A stretch of DNA of 64,000 nt from the human T2T-CHM13v2.0 reference genome, Homo sapiens: assembly GCF_009914755.1 (NCBI RefSeq), contig NC_060925.1; one strand, 5' to 3'. The notes beneath the pieces were generated by a model, which was not told the origin of the DNA, made no database searches, and worked only from the letters and a program-made list of their open reading frames with translations. A program made the translations under genes and the position numbers. Shown in pieces: positions 26,038 to 37,955 of the stretch. How positions within the stretch are numbered: position 1 is the stretch's first letter; each line of letters starts with the position of its first letter.

Positions 26038-26115
26038 GTGACATGCGCCACTTAGAGCGGGACGACATTGATGTACAGTGTTAATATTACGCTCTAAGTG
26101 GCTTCTGTATGTTAT
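26038..26115 (+). other. 78-nt hairpin / inverted repeat in apparently unique sequence
   Basis: Perfect 13-bp arms gccacttagagcg (26047-26059) / cgctctaagtggc (26090-26102), plus 9-bp outer and 7-bp inner stems closed with G-U pairs. Confidence 0.8.
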
Positions 26116-26444
26116 CCAAAAACGGAGAATAAAACTGAGCAATTCATTTCTTCTTTTAAAAAAAAAGGGTGGTTATTAAAAATGACTATTCAGAGGCTCA
26201 AAGTCATAGAATGGACCCAGTATCATTGGTGTGGGCAGCCTTCTCACTGTCAGGGAGCATATGGCCAGTGTGTGTCCTCATTTGTCTTAGAAGAATCAGG
26301 AAGATGGAACTCCTTGAGGGAACTCTCTGGGGGCCCTGGGCAGCCTCCTCTGCTCCCCGCATCCCCAACCCTTGCCCAGTGGAACGCAGCCAAACTTGGT
26401 GTCCCCGCCAGGCCCACCTCTATTTTCCATTTTACCTACCGGCC

Positions 26445-26665
26445 AAGAGTGAGGGCCATGGAGTCCAGCTGCCTGGGTTAGAATTCTCTCCCCATTACTT
26501 ACTCACTGTGGTACCAGAGTACCTCGGTTTTCTCATCTGTAAAACAGAAAAACAATATCTACCTTTTAGGGTTATTATGAAGATTAAATGGCTTAAAACG
26601 TGTAAAGCATTTAGACATTCACATGCCTGGGACATTTTAAATGCTCAATAAATGTTGTTATTTTG
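26445..26665 (+). mobile_element. MIR
   Basis: cctcggttttctcatctgtaaaac...gggttattatgaagattaaatg...tgctcaataaatgtt. Confidence 0.85.
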
Positions 26666-27379
26666 ATCATTATCATCATCATAATCCCTGGGCATGCATA
26701 TTCCCCAGCAACCCTGGTGTTTTTTGCTTCTGCAGACCCAACAGGCTGAGATGTCTCTGCCTCTTCATTTCCCCTGAGCAGACGCCTCCTTTGCGGCTTA
26801 GTTTGAGTCCAGCTGACTGCATCATCTTCCCTCTCTCCTTGCCCTCTAATAGTACAAAGAATTGAGAGTGGATTTCTTTCCACAGTGTCTACCTGCACAG
26901 GAGATGTATTGGCAGTTTTGGCAGCTAGAGATGTGGTTTCTATGGTGAACCACCTGGGAAAGACAGCAAATTCAGTAAATGACTCAGTTCAGTGAGTGCC
27001 CAGCCAGGGCTAGATGCCGTGTAAATAAGACCCAGGCCCAGAGGGTGGATTTGAGTAGTTTCAGCAAAACCTAGACCTTTTTACAGAATATCTGTATTCT
27101 TCTCTTTTATCTCCTTACATGCACACTAACTTCTTGACGGCAGAGCCTGAGTCTTATTTATATAGCATATAGCCCTGGCTGGGCACTCACTGCACTGAGG
27201 TGTTTACTGCATTTGTTGTCTTCTCCTGGGTGGCTCACTAAAGAACCCTCAGCCATAGCTGGAAGCCAAAACTCTGAAAAGTTTTCCTGTGGCAGTAGAC
27301 ACTGTGGAAATAAATCCGGTCTGCTGAAACCAGGCAAGGGGAGCCCTTTTGGGAAGAGGTAATATACTTCCCTTCATAT

Positions 27380-28592
27380 GCTACCCAGACTTCTCCCCTC
27401 AACTGTGTCTGCCAGACATCTCCACTTGGATATGTAACTGGCATCTCAAACGTAGCATATCCAAAACAGAACTCCCAGTGCTCCTACTCAAACCTGATTG
27501 TCTTGTATTCTTCTCCATCTCCATCAAGAGAGCTTGATCCTTCCATCTGCTTAAACCAAAAATCCTGGAGCCAACCTGGACTCCTTCCTTTCTTTCACAA
27601 TCCATATGTAATCCATGAACAATTCTGGGCTCTCTACTATCCAAATATGTCCTCACCCAACCACTTCCTATAGTGGTGTGCTGAGCACTGATTGTTAAAT
27701 ATTCATGAAACTTGCAATCTAGCTGTTAAACTATAACTACTCGAAGTCAGCTGTGGTGGGACTATTTACACCACAGAAATTGGCAGGTGCTACAAATCAG
27801 GGCTTTTGTTTTTATTTTTAATTTCTTTTCCAGAGAACTGGTTCACCAGAACTCCACTGACTTCTTACCCCTTCCACTGCTGCTCCCACTCCAAACCTCC
27901 ATCCTATCTACCGGGATCATTGCAATAGCCTCTTACCTACCTGGTCTTCCTGCTTTTACTCTTGCCACCATACAGTCTACCCTCAACATAGCAATCCTTT
28001 TAAAACACAAGTCATATCATGACTAGGCTATACTCAAAACTCTCCAGTGCCTTCCCATCTTACGCAGAGTAGAATCCTAGTTTGTAACCCTGGCTAACAA
28101 GGTTCTACACATCTGACCCTCCATCACTTCTCTGATCTCACTTCTTCACTGTAGTCACATGGGCCTCCTTGATGATCTTTGGACATGTCCTGCATTCCCT
28201 GCCTCAGGGACTTTGCACTTGCTGTTCCTTCTGCTGGGCAATCTCTTACCCTGGGTGAGTTCACGACTTTCTTGGCCATTTCCTTCAGTTGTCTTTTTAT
28301 GAGACAGAGAGCAATCTGCCTGATTACCCTATCAAAATCAGCTTCCCCTCACTCTGCCATTGTTTTCTGTTCCCTACACAATCCTTCACTTCTCTATAAA
28401 ATGTCTATTGCTACTTGAAACATACATGTTTATTGGTTTATGTGGCTATTGTTTATCTCCCCACTTCTATCCTGGTTAGAATACAAGCTTCATGAAGGCA
28501 GAGACCTTGTTTTGTTCATTTCTATGCCATTAGTGCCTAGAACAATGTTTGATACATAGTACGTGCTCCGTAAGTATAGGTCAAATGAATGA
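27380..28592 (+). mobile_element. L2a, long 3' portion
   Basis: gacatctccacttggatatgtaactggcatctcaaac...gggactttgcacttgctgttccttctgc...agtgcctagaacaatg...aatgaatga. Confidence 0.85.
27671..27859. mobile_element. MER63-type hAT MITE inserted in the L2
   Basis: TIRs tagtggtgtgctg / ccagaactccactg; internal ggtgggactatttacaccacagaaattggca..gctacaaatcagggc; 8-bp TSD acttccta/acttctta. Confidence 0.8.
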
Positions 28593-29132
28593 TGCTGCCC
28601 ACACCCCTGAGATGTCCCTCTGGACAGAAGGTATCATGATAGCAAAGTGGAGCAATTGCTAATGCTTTACAAAGAGACCACCCTAGGACTCCAGTTCTCC
28701 TGAGCATCTCTTATAGCTATCAGGGATTGAAAGACAACACTTCCCTGAGCAAATACCATTCAAAGTGCTAAGATCCCTGATGAGGATAAATTCCTCAATA
28801 AAACAAAACTTAAATATATAGGTTTGAAATCAAGCTGAACATAAGCTATTCTACCAGCATTTACAAGGGAGTATTTTCCTAAGACAGAACTAAAGTTTCA
28901 GGCTGAATTGATAAGAAATCAAATGTTTGATTTCTTCCTCTTCCTCTCTATGGGCCAGACTCCAAGTGAAAAAAATGACACATGTATATGAATATATATT
29001 AGAGAATATATGTGTATATATATAATTTTATGTGTCAACTTGAATATATATATTCAATGACTATATATAATTTTATGTGTCAACTTACATATATATATAT
29101 ATACACACACACAATCTGTGTGTGTGTGTATT

Positions 29133-29668
29133 TAATTTTATGTGTCAACTTGACAGGGCCTCGAGGTACCCAGATATTTGGTCAAACATTATTGTGGGTG
29201 TGTCCATGAGGGAGTTTTTGGATGAGATGAACATTTGGATTAGCAGACTGAGTAAAGCAGGTTGCCCTCCCTAATGTTGGCAGCCCTCATCTAATCCCTC
29301 GAAGGTCTGAATAGGACAAAAAGGCTGACCCTTTCCTGAGTAACAGGGAATTTCTCCTGCCTGACAGCTTGAGTTGGGACATTGGTCTTTTCCTGCATTC
29401 AGACGCAAGCTGAAATACTGACTCTTCTGGGTCTGAAGTCTGCTGGCTTTCATACTGGATCTTACATCAGCTTTCCTGGTTCTCAGGCCTTTGGACTTAG
29501 CCTGGAACTATACATCAGCTCTCCTGGGGCTCCAGCTTGCCAACTGCAGACTTCTCAGTCTCCATAATCATGTGAGCCAAAGGTTTAAATAGTAAACCTT
29601 TATATACACATACACACCCCCCACACACCATATTGGTTCTTTTTCTCTGGAAAACTCTGACTGACACT
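29133..29668 (+). mobile_element. MLT2B-type ERVL solo LTR
   Basis: taattttatgtgtcaacttgac...cccagatatttggtcaaacatta...ccataatcatgtgagcc...tattggttctttttctctggaaaactctgact. Confidence 0.88.
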
Positions 29669-30207
29669 ATTTATACACAAAATATGTGTGTATACATGTG
29701 TGCATGTGTGTTGTGTATAAATATAATTTGAGAGGCTATGGCTGATGGGCTGGGGGATGTTTACAGGCAGGCAGAGATGATCATAGATGTTCTTTAGGCA
29801 GAAGTTCCTGGTAAAGTAAGGCACAGTTGTTCACATTCTTGCTATCCTTTTGTTCACCAGCAGCTGTCTTGCTGCCGCCTAACAGGGAATCCAGAAAGCA
29901 GGAGAGTTGGGCTTTTCCTCCAAGGCAGTGTGTGCACTTCAAGGTCTTTGTCCCATCTGTAGATTCAAAGCCATCCCGATTCAGGATACACAGAGTGTGG
30001 AGGTGGCGCAAGATTAGGTTGTTGGCCTTTTCCTGGTCAGGGTGGCTTTACACAGGTAAAAGGAAAGAAGGATGAGCAATGTAGAGTCCATTGTTTCACT
30101 GACTCTCACATATTGGCATTTTCTTCTCCAAGTCACCCAAAATGGAAACTTCAGAGGCATCTCTCACTCCTCCTCACCCTACCTGCTTCTCTGTCATCAA
30201 GTCCTAG

Positions 30208-30621
30208 TGTGTGAGGCTGTTCTTGCATTGCTATAAAGACATACTCGAGACTGGGTAATTTATAAAGAAAATAGGTTTAATTGGCTCACAATTCTGCCGG
30301 CTGTACAGGAAGCATGGCACCACACATCTGCTCAGCTTCTGGGGAGGCCTCAGGGAGCTTTTACTCATTGCAGAAAGCAAAGTCAGAGCAGGCGCATGAC
30401 ATGGTGACAGCCAGAGTGAGAGAGCGAGGCAAGGTGATGCCACACATTTTAAACAACCAGATTTCACGAGAACTCACTGTAGCAATGACAGCACCAAAAC
30501 ATGTAAGATCCACCCTCATGGCCCAAACACCTCCCGCCAGGCCTCACCTCAGACATTGGGGATTATATTTCAACATGAGATTTAGAGAGGACAACACTTA
30601 AAGGTTCAACTAGCAATATCA
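30208..30621 (-). mobile_element. MSTA-type MaLR solo LTR
   Basis: ttcttgcattgctataaag...gagactgggtaatttataaagaaaa.aggtttaattggctcac...ttcaacatgagattt. Confidence 0.9.
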
Positions 30622-31451
30622 ACATTCCTTCACAGAGTCATAAGAAAGGGTTAATCACCACTACCTGTGGGTAGAGGAACTAGTAGAAAGAAGAAAAATT
30701 TTTATTTTTAATTTTAGAGCTTTCTATACATGTATACATACACACGTGCATATATGATGTGCTAATATAAACGATCGTGTCTATGAAATACCTCCTTTTC
30801 CTTTGCAATGTCCTTTCAATCTGCTTTCTTTTGCCACCCCAGTAGGGCCCACATCACTTCTTGCCTCCCTTACACAAGCCTCTCCCTCCCAATCAGTCCT
30901 GCACACTGCTTCCCTCAAACACTATTTGAAGTTATTCTGGATCATTTTCTTTCTCAAAATAATACAAGGAGATGACTATCAAATGTGAGATTGCCTAGCT
31001 TGGTGCCTGCTGCTCAGGAGGCCCTCAATGAACGCTAGTTTCTTTTTACTTTATAATTCTTCAGAGGGTCTCACTGACCAAAGAGCAAAGCCTGCCTCTT
31101 CCTAGCTGGTGCCCTGGGATGCCTTCCTGTCCCAGTTAACACTGGGCACACTATGCTCCAGCCATGCAGAAAAGCTCTGGGATGCCCTCACACCTGCTAA
31201 TCTCTTACCTGCCCTTTCCTGGCTACAGAAACCCTGCCCGACCCTTTAGGGACCATCTCAAAAGCCATTTCAGCCACAAAGCTTCGTAACAGCACCCCAC
31301 TCTGTACTGCCACAGGACTTACTGGTTCTATGTTTTCTTTGTTAAAAAATATATCACTTTTGGAAATCATATATTGATACCTTTGAAATGCTTCCCCCAT
31401 TTCTCCTTTTTCCTTTACCTCCACTTCCTATGTCTCTCTTCCATTTGCAGT

Positions 31452-32250
31452 TTATTAATTCGTTCATTAGCTATGTATTGAGTGCTTGCTGCCTGCCATG
31501 CCCTGTGCTGGCCACTGCCCTGTACGTGATGAACCAGTCACCCGTCTCCTTCCTCTTCCTCTCTAGCTGGGGAGGCTTTGGGGTGAGGGGCACTCTCAGA
31601 GATGCTGAGAGTTGAGCAGAGACTTGCATGAGGCTAGGGATCAGCCATGACAATATCTGGGGGAAGAGCCCAGGTAGTCAAGCCTGTGGAGGGAATGGGC
31701 TTGGCAGGTTAGAGACTAGCAGAAACTGGTGTGGTAAGAGAGGAATGCATGGCAGGCAGAGTGTAGGAGATGAGGCCAGAGAGGTGGTCAGGGCCAGGTC
31801 ATGGGAGAGAAGGGCCATGATTTGATTTTCATTTTTAAATAATCCCTTGGGGTTCTGAGTATGGAGTAGACTTTCGGATGTGGGGCGGAAGATTGGAATC
31901 AGGGGAGCAATAGGAAAATGAGGTGAGAGACAATGGAGCTTTGGAACAGGGTGCAAGTGATAGTGGCAGATTGGAGATATCCTTTGAAAGAAGCCCATCA
32001 TGGCTTGCTTGTGAACTGGCTGTGAGAAAAAGGGGAAAATCAAGAAATACAGTTTTTTTTTTAACTTTAATAGTGAGGCCATTTATTGAGATGAGGAAGA
32101 TTGGGTTAGAAAGGGATTAGGCGTGGGCACTGGAGGTAAGAGTTACATTTTGGACACATTGAGTTTGAGATGCCTATTAGACACACCCAAGGGGAAACTT
32201 TAAGAAGGCGGATAAGGCTGGCTTCCAAGAGAAAGATTCAGGGTGGAATT
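31452..32250 (-). mobile_element. L2a
   Basis: ttcattagctatgtattgagtgc...tatctgggggaagagc...gagtttgagatgcctattagaca. Confidence 0.8.
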
Positions 32251-32301
32251 GGCTGACTCAACTGCCTAAGTAAAAATTTCAAATAAATACAAAGTCCTTA
32301 T

Positions 32302-32515
32302 CATTCATTCAATAAACATTTATTGAGCACGTACTATTACTATGAGGTTGAACCACATGAAATAACCGTCTTTTCATGCTAAAAATGGTCAAACACTGGC
32401 CAATTTCATATGGTTTAAGCTAACATATCCAAAGTGCCAGGCCAAGCAAGGGTTGTGAGAGACGAAGATGCGTGAAGTACAGCATCTGCTCTCCAGAAGC
32501 TGACATTCCAGAATG
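32302..32515 (-). mobile_element. L2 3' end interrupted by MADE2
   Basis: cattcattcaataaacatttattgagcac...gtgccaggc. Confidence 0.7.
32341..32425. mobile_element. MADE2 mariner-derived MITE (palindromic)
   Basis: tatgaggttgaaccacatgaaat ... atttcatatggtttaagctaaca form the terminal inverted repeats. Confidence 0.8.
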
Positions 32516-32540
32516 GGAAATAACATTTTTGTTTAAATCT

Positions 32541-33228
32541 AGTAATAATAACAAGCACTTATAAAGCAGTTACTATGTGCAGGTACTATAATAGGCACAT
32601 TGCATATATTAAGTCATTTAATCATCACAACTTTATGAGATAGCTACTATTATTATTTCTTTAAAATGGTAAAAAAAAAATTTTGCTTAACCAAGCTGTT
32701 GTGAAAGATAGCTGCAAATTCTTTGCCACTCACCCTATGGAAAGGTAGGGCCTATCTGCCCCTGCCCTCCAACCTCCCTCAAATGCTGTGACTGGCTTTG
32801 ATCAATACAATAAGATGCAAGGGGTGCTATGTAATCTTTAAGGCCAGGCTGCTTTAAGAGATCTGTAGCTTTTACTTCTGACCTCTAGGAGCATTCCCTG
32901 GTAGAAGCCAGCTACCATGTTAGAATTCTGACCACCATGCCCCTAGGAAGCCCAGGCTTACAACACACAGACAGAGATGACACGTGGAGGAGCTGAGGTG
33001 CCTGAATGACCCCACCTGACACCTCCTAGAACAGAATAAACTCCAAGCTGAACCCTACCCAATTCTGGCCCATAGAATTTTAATAAAATAAACTAGCTGT
33101 TCTTTGATGTTATTAGGTTTTAGGGTGGTTTTCTATATAGCAATAGATAACCAGAACATAAGCAAAAAGTAGCTAAGCTGGGATTTGAACCCATGCTGCC
33201 TGATTCCACAATTCGTGCTCTAAACTAC
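32541..33228 (-). mobile_element. MIR split by an MLT1 LTR
   Basis: ttactatgtgcagg...gtcatttaatcatcacaac, resuming at gctgggatttgaacccatgctgcctgattcca. Confidence 0.7.
32697..33158 (+). mobile_element. MLT1 (H-like) solo LTR
   Basis: tgt...caaattctttgccact...tatatagcaatagataaccagaaca; TSD caagc/taagc. Confidence 0.8.
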
Positions 33229-33481
33229 TGTATATACTACCTTTCCAATACATGGATTGCATATGATAAGCACTGTTGAGTGATTAAACTGTAAAGTCTA
33301 GTGATTTTTCCCTGACAGTGACGTTGACACAGCTAGTCAAAGAAATTAATATTCTCACCTAGCAGATACATTTGGAACAAGTTTATACATCAAAGTATGC
33401 ATAAATCCACATAATCTCATCACTGAAACCATAAAATACATAATTGTATCTTATCATTAACATCCAGTGAGAAGTAGTGAG

Positions 33482-33950
33482 TATATTCACTTTTTATTGC
33501 TGCATAACAAAATGAGCAACCTAAAACAACATATATTTATTAGTTCAGTTTCTGTGGGCATGGAATCAGGCATCGATTACATGAGTTTTCTGCTCAGGGA
33601 CTCACAAGGCTGCAATTGAGGTACTAGCTGGGCTGTACTCCACTGGGAAGCTTGGGGTCCTCTTCCAAGCTCATGTGGCAGATTTCAGTTCCTTGCAGAT
33701 GAGACTGAAGTCTACATTTTCTTCCTGGCTGTTATTCAGGGCCTGCTCGCAGTTCCTAGAGGTTGCCTGCAGCTCCCTGCCACGTGGCCTCTCACAGACC
33801 CTCACATCGAGGTGGCTTCCTTCCCTCAGGCCAGCAGGAGACTCTCTTTCTCCAGCCTGCTAAGACAGAGTCCTATATAACAAAACTATGTAATCATGGG
33901 AGTGACATCTCATCACCTTTGCCATATCATATTGGCAAAAAGCCAAATCA
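33482..33950 (-). mobile_element. MLT1 (E/F-like) LTR
   Basis: tattgctgcataacaaa...ctcacaaggctgcaat...cctcttccaagctca...ggagtgacatctcatcacctttgccata. Confidence 0.8.
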
Positions 33951-34095
33951 ATGAAATAGACAATCTATATTGTGGAAGAGGTGACAGATACAAATTTATT
34001 CCACATGCTCTAGGACTTGAGAGGAAGCATGATGTGTGTCATCGCCTCTTCTATTACATGGTGGAATGAATTCTGGGTAAGAAATCAGAGTTCCT

Positions 34096-34279
34096 TAATG
34101 GGCACTGAGGACTACCACAGGAGGAAAAGAGGTGGGGAGCAAGGGTTAAAAAACTAGCTATTGGGCACTATGCTCACTACGTAGGCTTGCACCCCAACCG
34201 TCAGCATCACACAATATACCCATGTAACAACCTGCACATGTACCTCTGAATCTGAAATAAAAGTTGAATTTTTTTTTTG
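34096..34279 (+). mobile_element. Short 5'-truncated L1PB-like insertion within a MIR
   Basis: ctattgggcactatgctcactac...cagcatcacacaatatacccatgtaac...aaataaaagttgaa; 16-bp TSD agaaatcagagttcct (34080-34095) / agaaataagagttcct (34280-34295). Confidence 0.85.
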
Positions 34280-34699
34280 AGAAATAAGAGTTCCTGGTTT
34301 TAGTTTGGGTTCAGTCACCTATGATTTGTGTAATTTTGGGGTAAGTTATTTAATCTTTGAGATTTGTTTTTGCTTCCTCATCTATAAAATGTGGTAGGTG
34401 ATGTATACAAAAGGGTGTTATAATAACAGTAAAATTTACAAGGCTTTTCAAGCTCAAGTACTAAGCACGTTTAAAGGCATAATCAACCCTTCTCATCTTC
34501 CCTTCCTTCCCCATTGTCGTTTCCCTTCTCAGCACAAAACAGCCAGCAGCAGGCCTGTCACACAGTGCTATGGGGGGGGAACGAAAAGAGGGGAGCCATG
34601 AAAAGGCATATCGGACAGTTCCATCTGGCACCCAAGGATGTAGGGTGGGTGCAGGAAGCAGATAGAGGAGATGGCCTGCATGTGTGGGAGATGGGCTAC

Positions 34700-36160
34700 C
34701 TTAGCTAATAAGTAAATGGATTGAACAAATAAGTATGTATATTAAGAATAATGAGAACCAGATTTCCCATTTTGGGAAATGGTACTAACAAACATGAAAA
34801 GAGGAGAGGCTAGAAAGAACCCTAAAGAGTTGGATTGGAATTGGAGGACTCAGTATGAACTTGTGGTTTCTATACGCAAATATACAAATAGTACAAATGT
34901 GTGTATGTGTGTTCATATATACATACATGTGTTTCCTAGCTCTGTCTGCTGCACAGGCCTAGAAGCAATGAAATCACAGCACAAAGGGCACACCGCATGT
35001 TCCGATCATGGTCGTTCAGTACCATCCACCACTGAAAGGAACTAGTACCTTTTAGAGAAACAATTGATTCCAGGCTGGGATGGGATAAGTACAGGATGAT
35101 TCTGGAGTATCTTTTGTGCTAGAAAGCAAAAATGCTGAAGGAGTGATCGGGACACATCAAAAGGACACAGGAGCTACCTTGAAGGGGTTCTCGCCGGCTA
35201 AATCTGGGATAATTTGAGCATCAAAACGTCCCTATTGAACAAAATAGGACTCCATAAGTCCACACTGATAGAATAAATAGATAAATGAGAAGAAAAAGCT
35301 TTTTAAAGTAGAATGTCAAATAAATGAGTATGAAATCATGGAAATAAAATATTACCATTTGGCAACCACCAGAGTGATAGTTGATCAGTCATCGATGGAG
35401 GCCAAGGCTGGTGGGTAGAGGTTAGATGAGGAATACGATATTGGCGCTATATGTAATACTAACAAATTATAAAAGGAAAGTGGTGACTTTAAGATGGAAA
35501 ACTTAATGACATGACTAGGGAGTCAACTGATGTTGAAACAGGTCAACATCCTGTGCTCCCAGGGTGACACACTGAGAGGAGCATGGTGTCACTTCTGCAG
35601 TATTCCTGCCAGGAAATCCTGCCTGACTCTGCCAAGATGAAACATGAGACTGCCTATGCTAAGAGACATCCTAGAGAATGTAAGACCTGTCCTCTTGAAA
35701 GTGGCTGAGGACATGAAAGAACTCTTCCAGATGGAGGAAACTAAAGAGACATGAAAACCACATGCAACACATGCTCCTTGACAGCATCCTGGACCCAAAA
35801 AGAAAGAGCCATTGCTGAATAGAGTCTGAGGATTGAGTGGTGGTATTGTACCAATGTTGACTTTCTGATTGGTGGGGTTGTGTGGTGGTTATGTGGAGAA
35901 GGTCCTTGTTTGGAGGAAACACACATTGGGGTATTTAGGAGTGATAGGACATCATGTCTACAGCTGTTTCAAATGGTTTAGAAAATGACTGGTGGTAATG
36001 GGTATAGATAAACACAGGTAAATAAATCAGCACACACACATGCATAAAGAAAATGCAGAGAGCTAATAACAATGAGGGAATCTGGGTGATGGGATATGGC
36101 ACTGTACCTACATACTTACAACTTTGCAGTAAGTTAGAAGTTATTTCAAAATAAATTTAT
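34700..36160 (+). mobile_element. L1MC4-like 3' region
   Basis: ttggattggaattggagg, gtttcctagctctgtc, aaatctgggataatttgagcatcaaa; 3' end gtaagttagaagttatttcaaaataaa. Confidence 0.75.
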
Positions 36161-37799
36161 TTTTTTAATGCAGGGAGAAAGGAGTAACCTAATCATCTTT
36201 CTTCCCCAAGGAGATTTCAATTCCTTGAGAAAAAGTCTGTCTTTTACTCCCGCTGATTTCCTGGCATACAGAGAATCCTTGACATAGACTTGCTGCAGAC
36301 AGGCCAAGGCAAAAATTCAGTGCTCACCCTTGCAGAGTTCTGGCTCTCCCACTGCAAGTTTTCATGGGTTGAGTTAGATGTCACATAATTGATCAATGAG
36401 GGATTACAATTTGCTTTCACAGGCCACTATTGGTTTTACCTCAATTGCCCTCAGGAGCAACATGACTAGTGACATCTTAAGTGAGGGAAGAAATTGGTGG
36501 TGAATGGTGCAGAATCGTAGAGCTGTTCTGCCTCAGTGGCTAGCCAGTTCATGGCCTGGCAAGCATCTGCTGACCATCTGTGGCTGGGAGCCAGGCTGCC
36601 ATTTCCTTTGATGGTCTAGATAGAATCTTGTTGACTTGGGTCTGGATGTATGTTTTGTTCAGGATTCAGTGACATTTAAGTTTGAAGTTGTCAGTTTTGA
36701 TCAGTGTGTACCTTTGGCTTTCAATAACAAAATACACACATAAAGCTATACAAGCACCTTTATTATTGAAATTTCTGCAGAAATAATTCTGTTCTATAAG
36801 TCTGAAATTCTCTAGATTCTCATCCCTTTTGTTCCGCAGAAGTAATTGTTTATGTGACACAATTTTTTGATGTTTCTTTTCTAAAGACTGTGGCACTAGG
36901 CTAGAACATTCCAGAATTGCAGATTCTCAGAGTCGAAAGGGGACTTACAGGTTGTCAGTGCAGTGTCTGATCTAGAATGTAGACTGACTTCCACGCCATG
37001 GACCCGAGGGTTACAGAGCCACAGGTGCCACTTTCCCCAGAAGGAATGGAGCATGAGCCAGCAAAAAGTTGTCTTTCTCAGCTATAACCAGAGTTACAAA
37101 GCACTGATCCTCCCAAATCTCCAAACCCATGCAGAAATTCTACCAACACAGCCTATGGGGTCCCAGCTTCTGCATAAACCCCCTAGTGATGGGGATCTCT
37201 GTGTCTCCCAAAAATCTCCTGCTGAGGCTCTCGAATCTACTACTCGGCTGAGGTCTTGGTGTTTGCTCCTTCTCTCCCCTCCTCACCCTTATACTTTGCT
37301 CCGTCCTCCACTTCTCAGCATACCCACCCTGGGCAGGCCAGATCTGGAGACACATTTTCCCTCAGCTGCCCTGCAAAGGGTGCTGTGGCTGTCGCTTGCC
37401 TGAAGTCTCTTTGACGGCTTTGTGTTCTGTGCTATAAATAAATGATTTTGAATGCTTATCTGCTTGCCTCTGTCTGCTTTTCAAGTTATTTTTGGGTGAC
37501 AGGCATCTTCTGTGTTAGGTGGGGGCCTGCATTATTGAAGACCATGCGTGCCTTGTCAAAGGGAAATAAGGTCAGTGAGTGTGTGGTGGAGGCTGAGGTG
37601 GGTGGGTGGTGGGTGCAGGGCTTGTCAGTTCACATTCAGAGCAGTGCTTGTGTTCTCTTGCTAAGTGTACCAGGCAAACCAGAGAGACCCCAATACAGTC
37701 CAAGCCACTCCCCACAGGTAATCCTGAACTCAGGCTTTCTCTTCTCATTTAACTCTGCATCCACAGGCCCTTCTTTCTTAAAACCAGCAATGTGGAATG

Positions 37800-37955
37800 T
37801 GCAAAGGACCCTGAACTAAGAATGCGAGCCCTGGGTGCCTACCTTGACCTGCAACTTCCTGGCTGGGTGGCCTTGAGTGAGTCACTACTTCTCCATGTCT
37901 CCATTTTTTTAATCCAAAAGTGGGAGTGCTGGTTACTGCCCTGCTTGATTAGAGG
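37800..37955 (+). mobile_element. MIR fragment
   Basis: cttcctggctgggtggccttgagtgagtcact. Confidence 0.55.

Noticed and set aside
29023-29151. CRISPR-like reading of three identical 19-mers with spacers
   Set aside because: The repeat is the MLT2 LTR terminus, the spacers are microsatellites of unequal length, the DNA is human and there are no cas genes
36771-36784. 14-bp palindrome atttctgcagaaat
   Set aside because: Within chance expectation for a window this size
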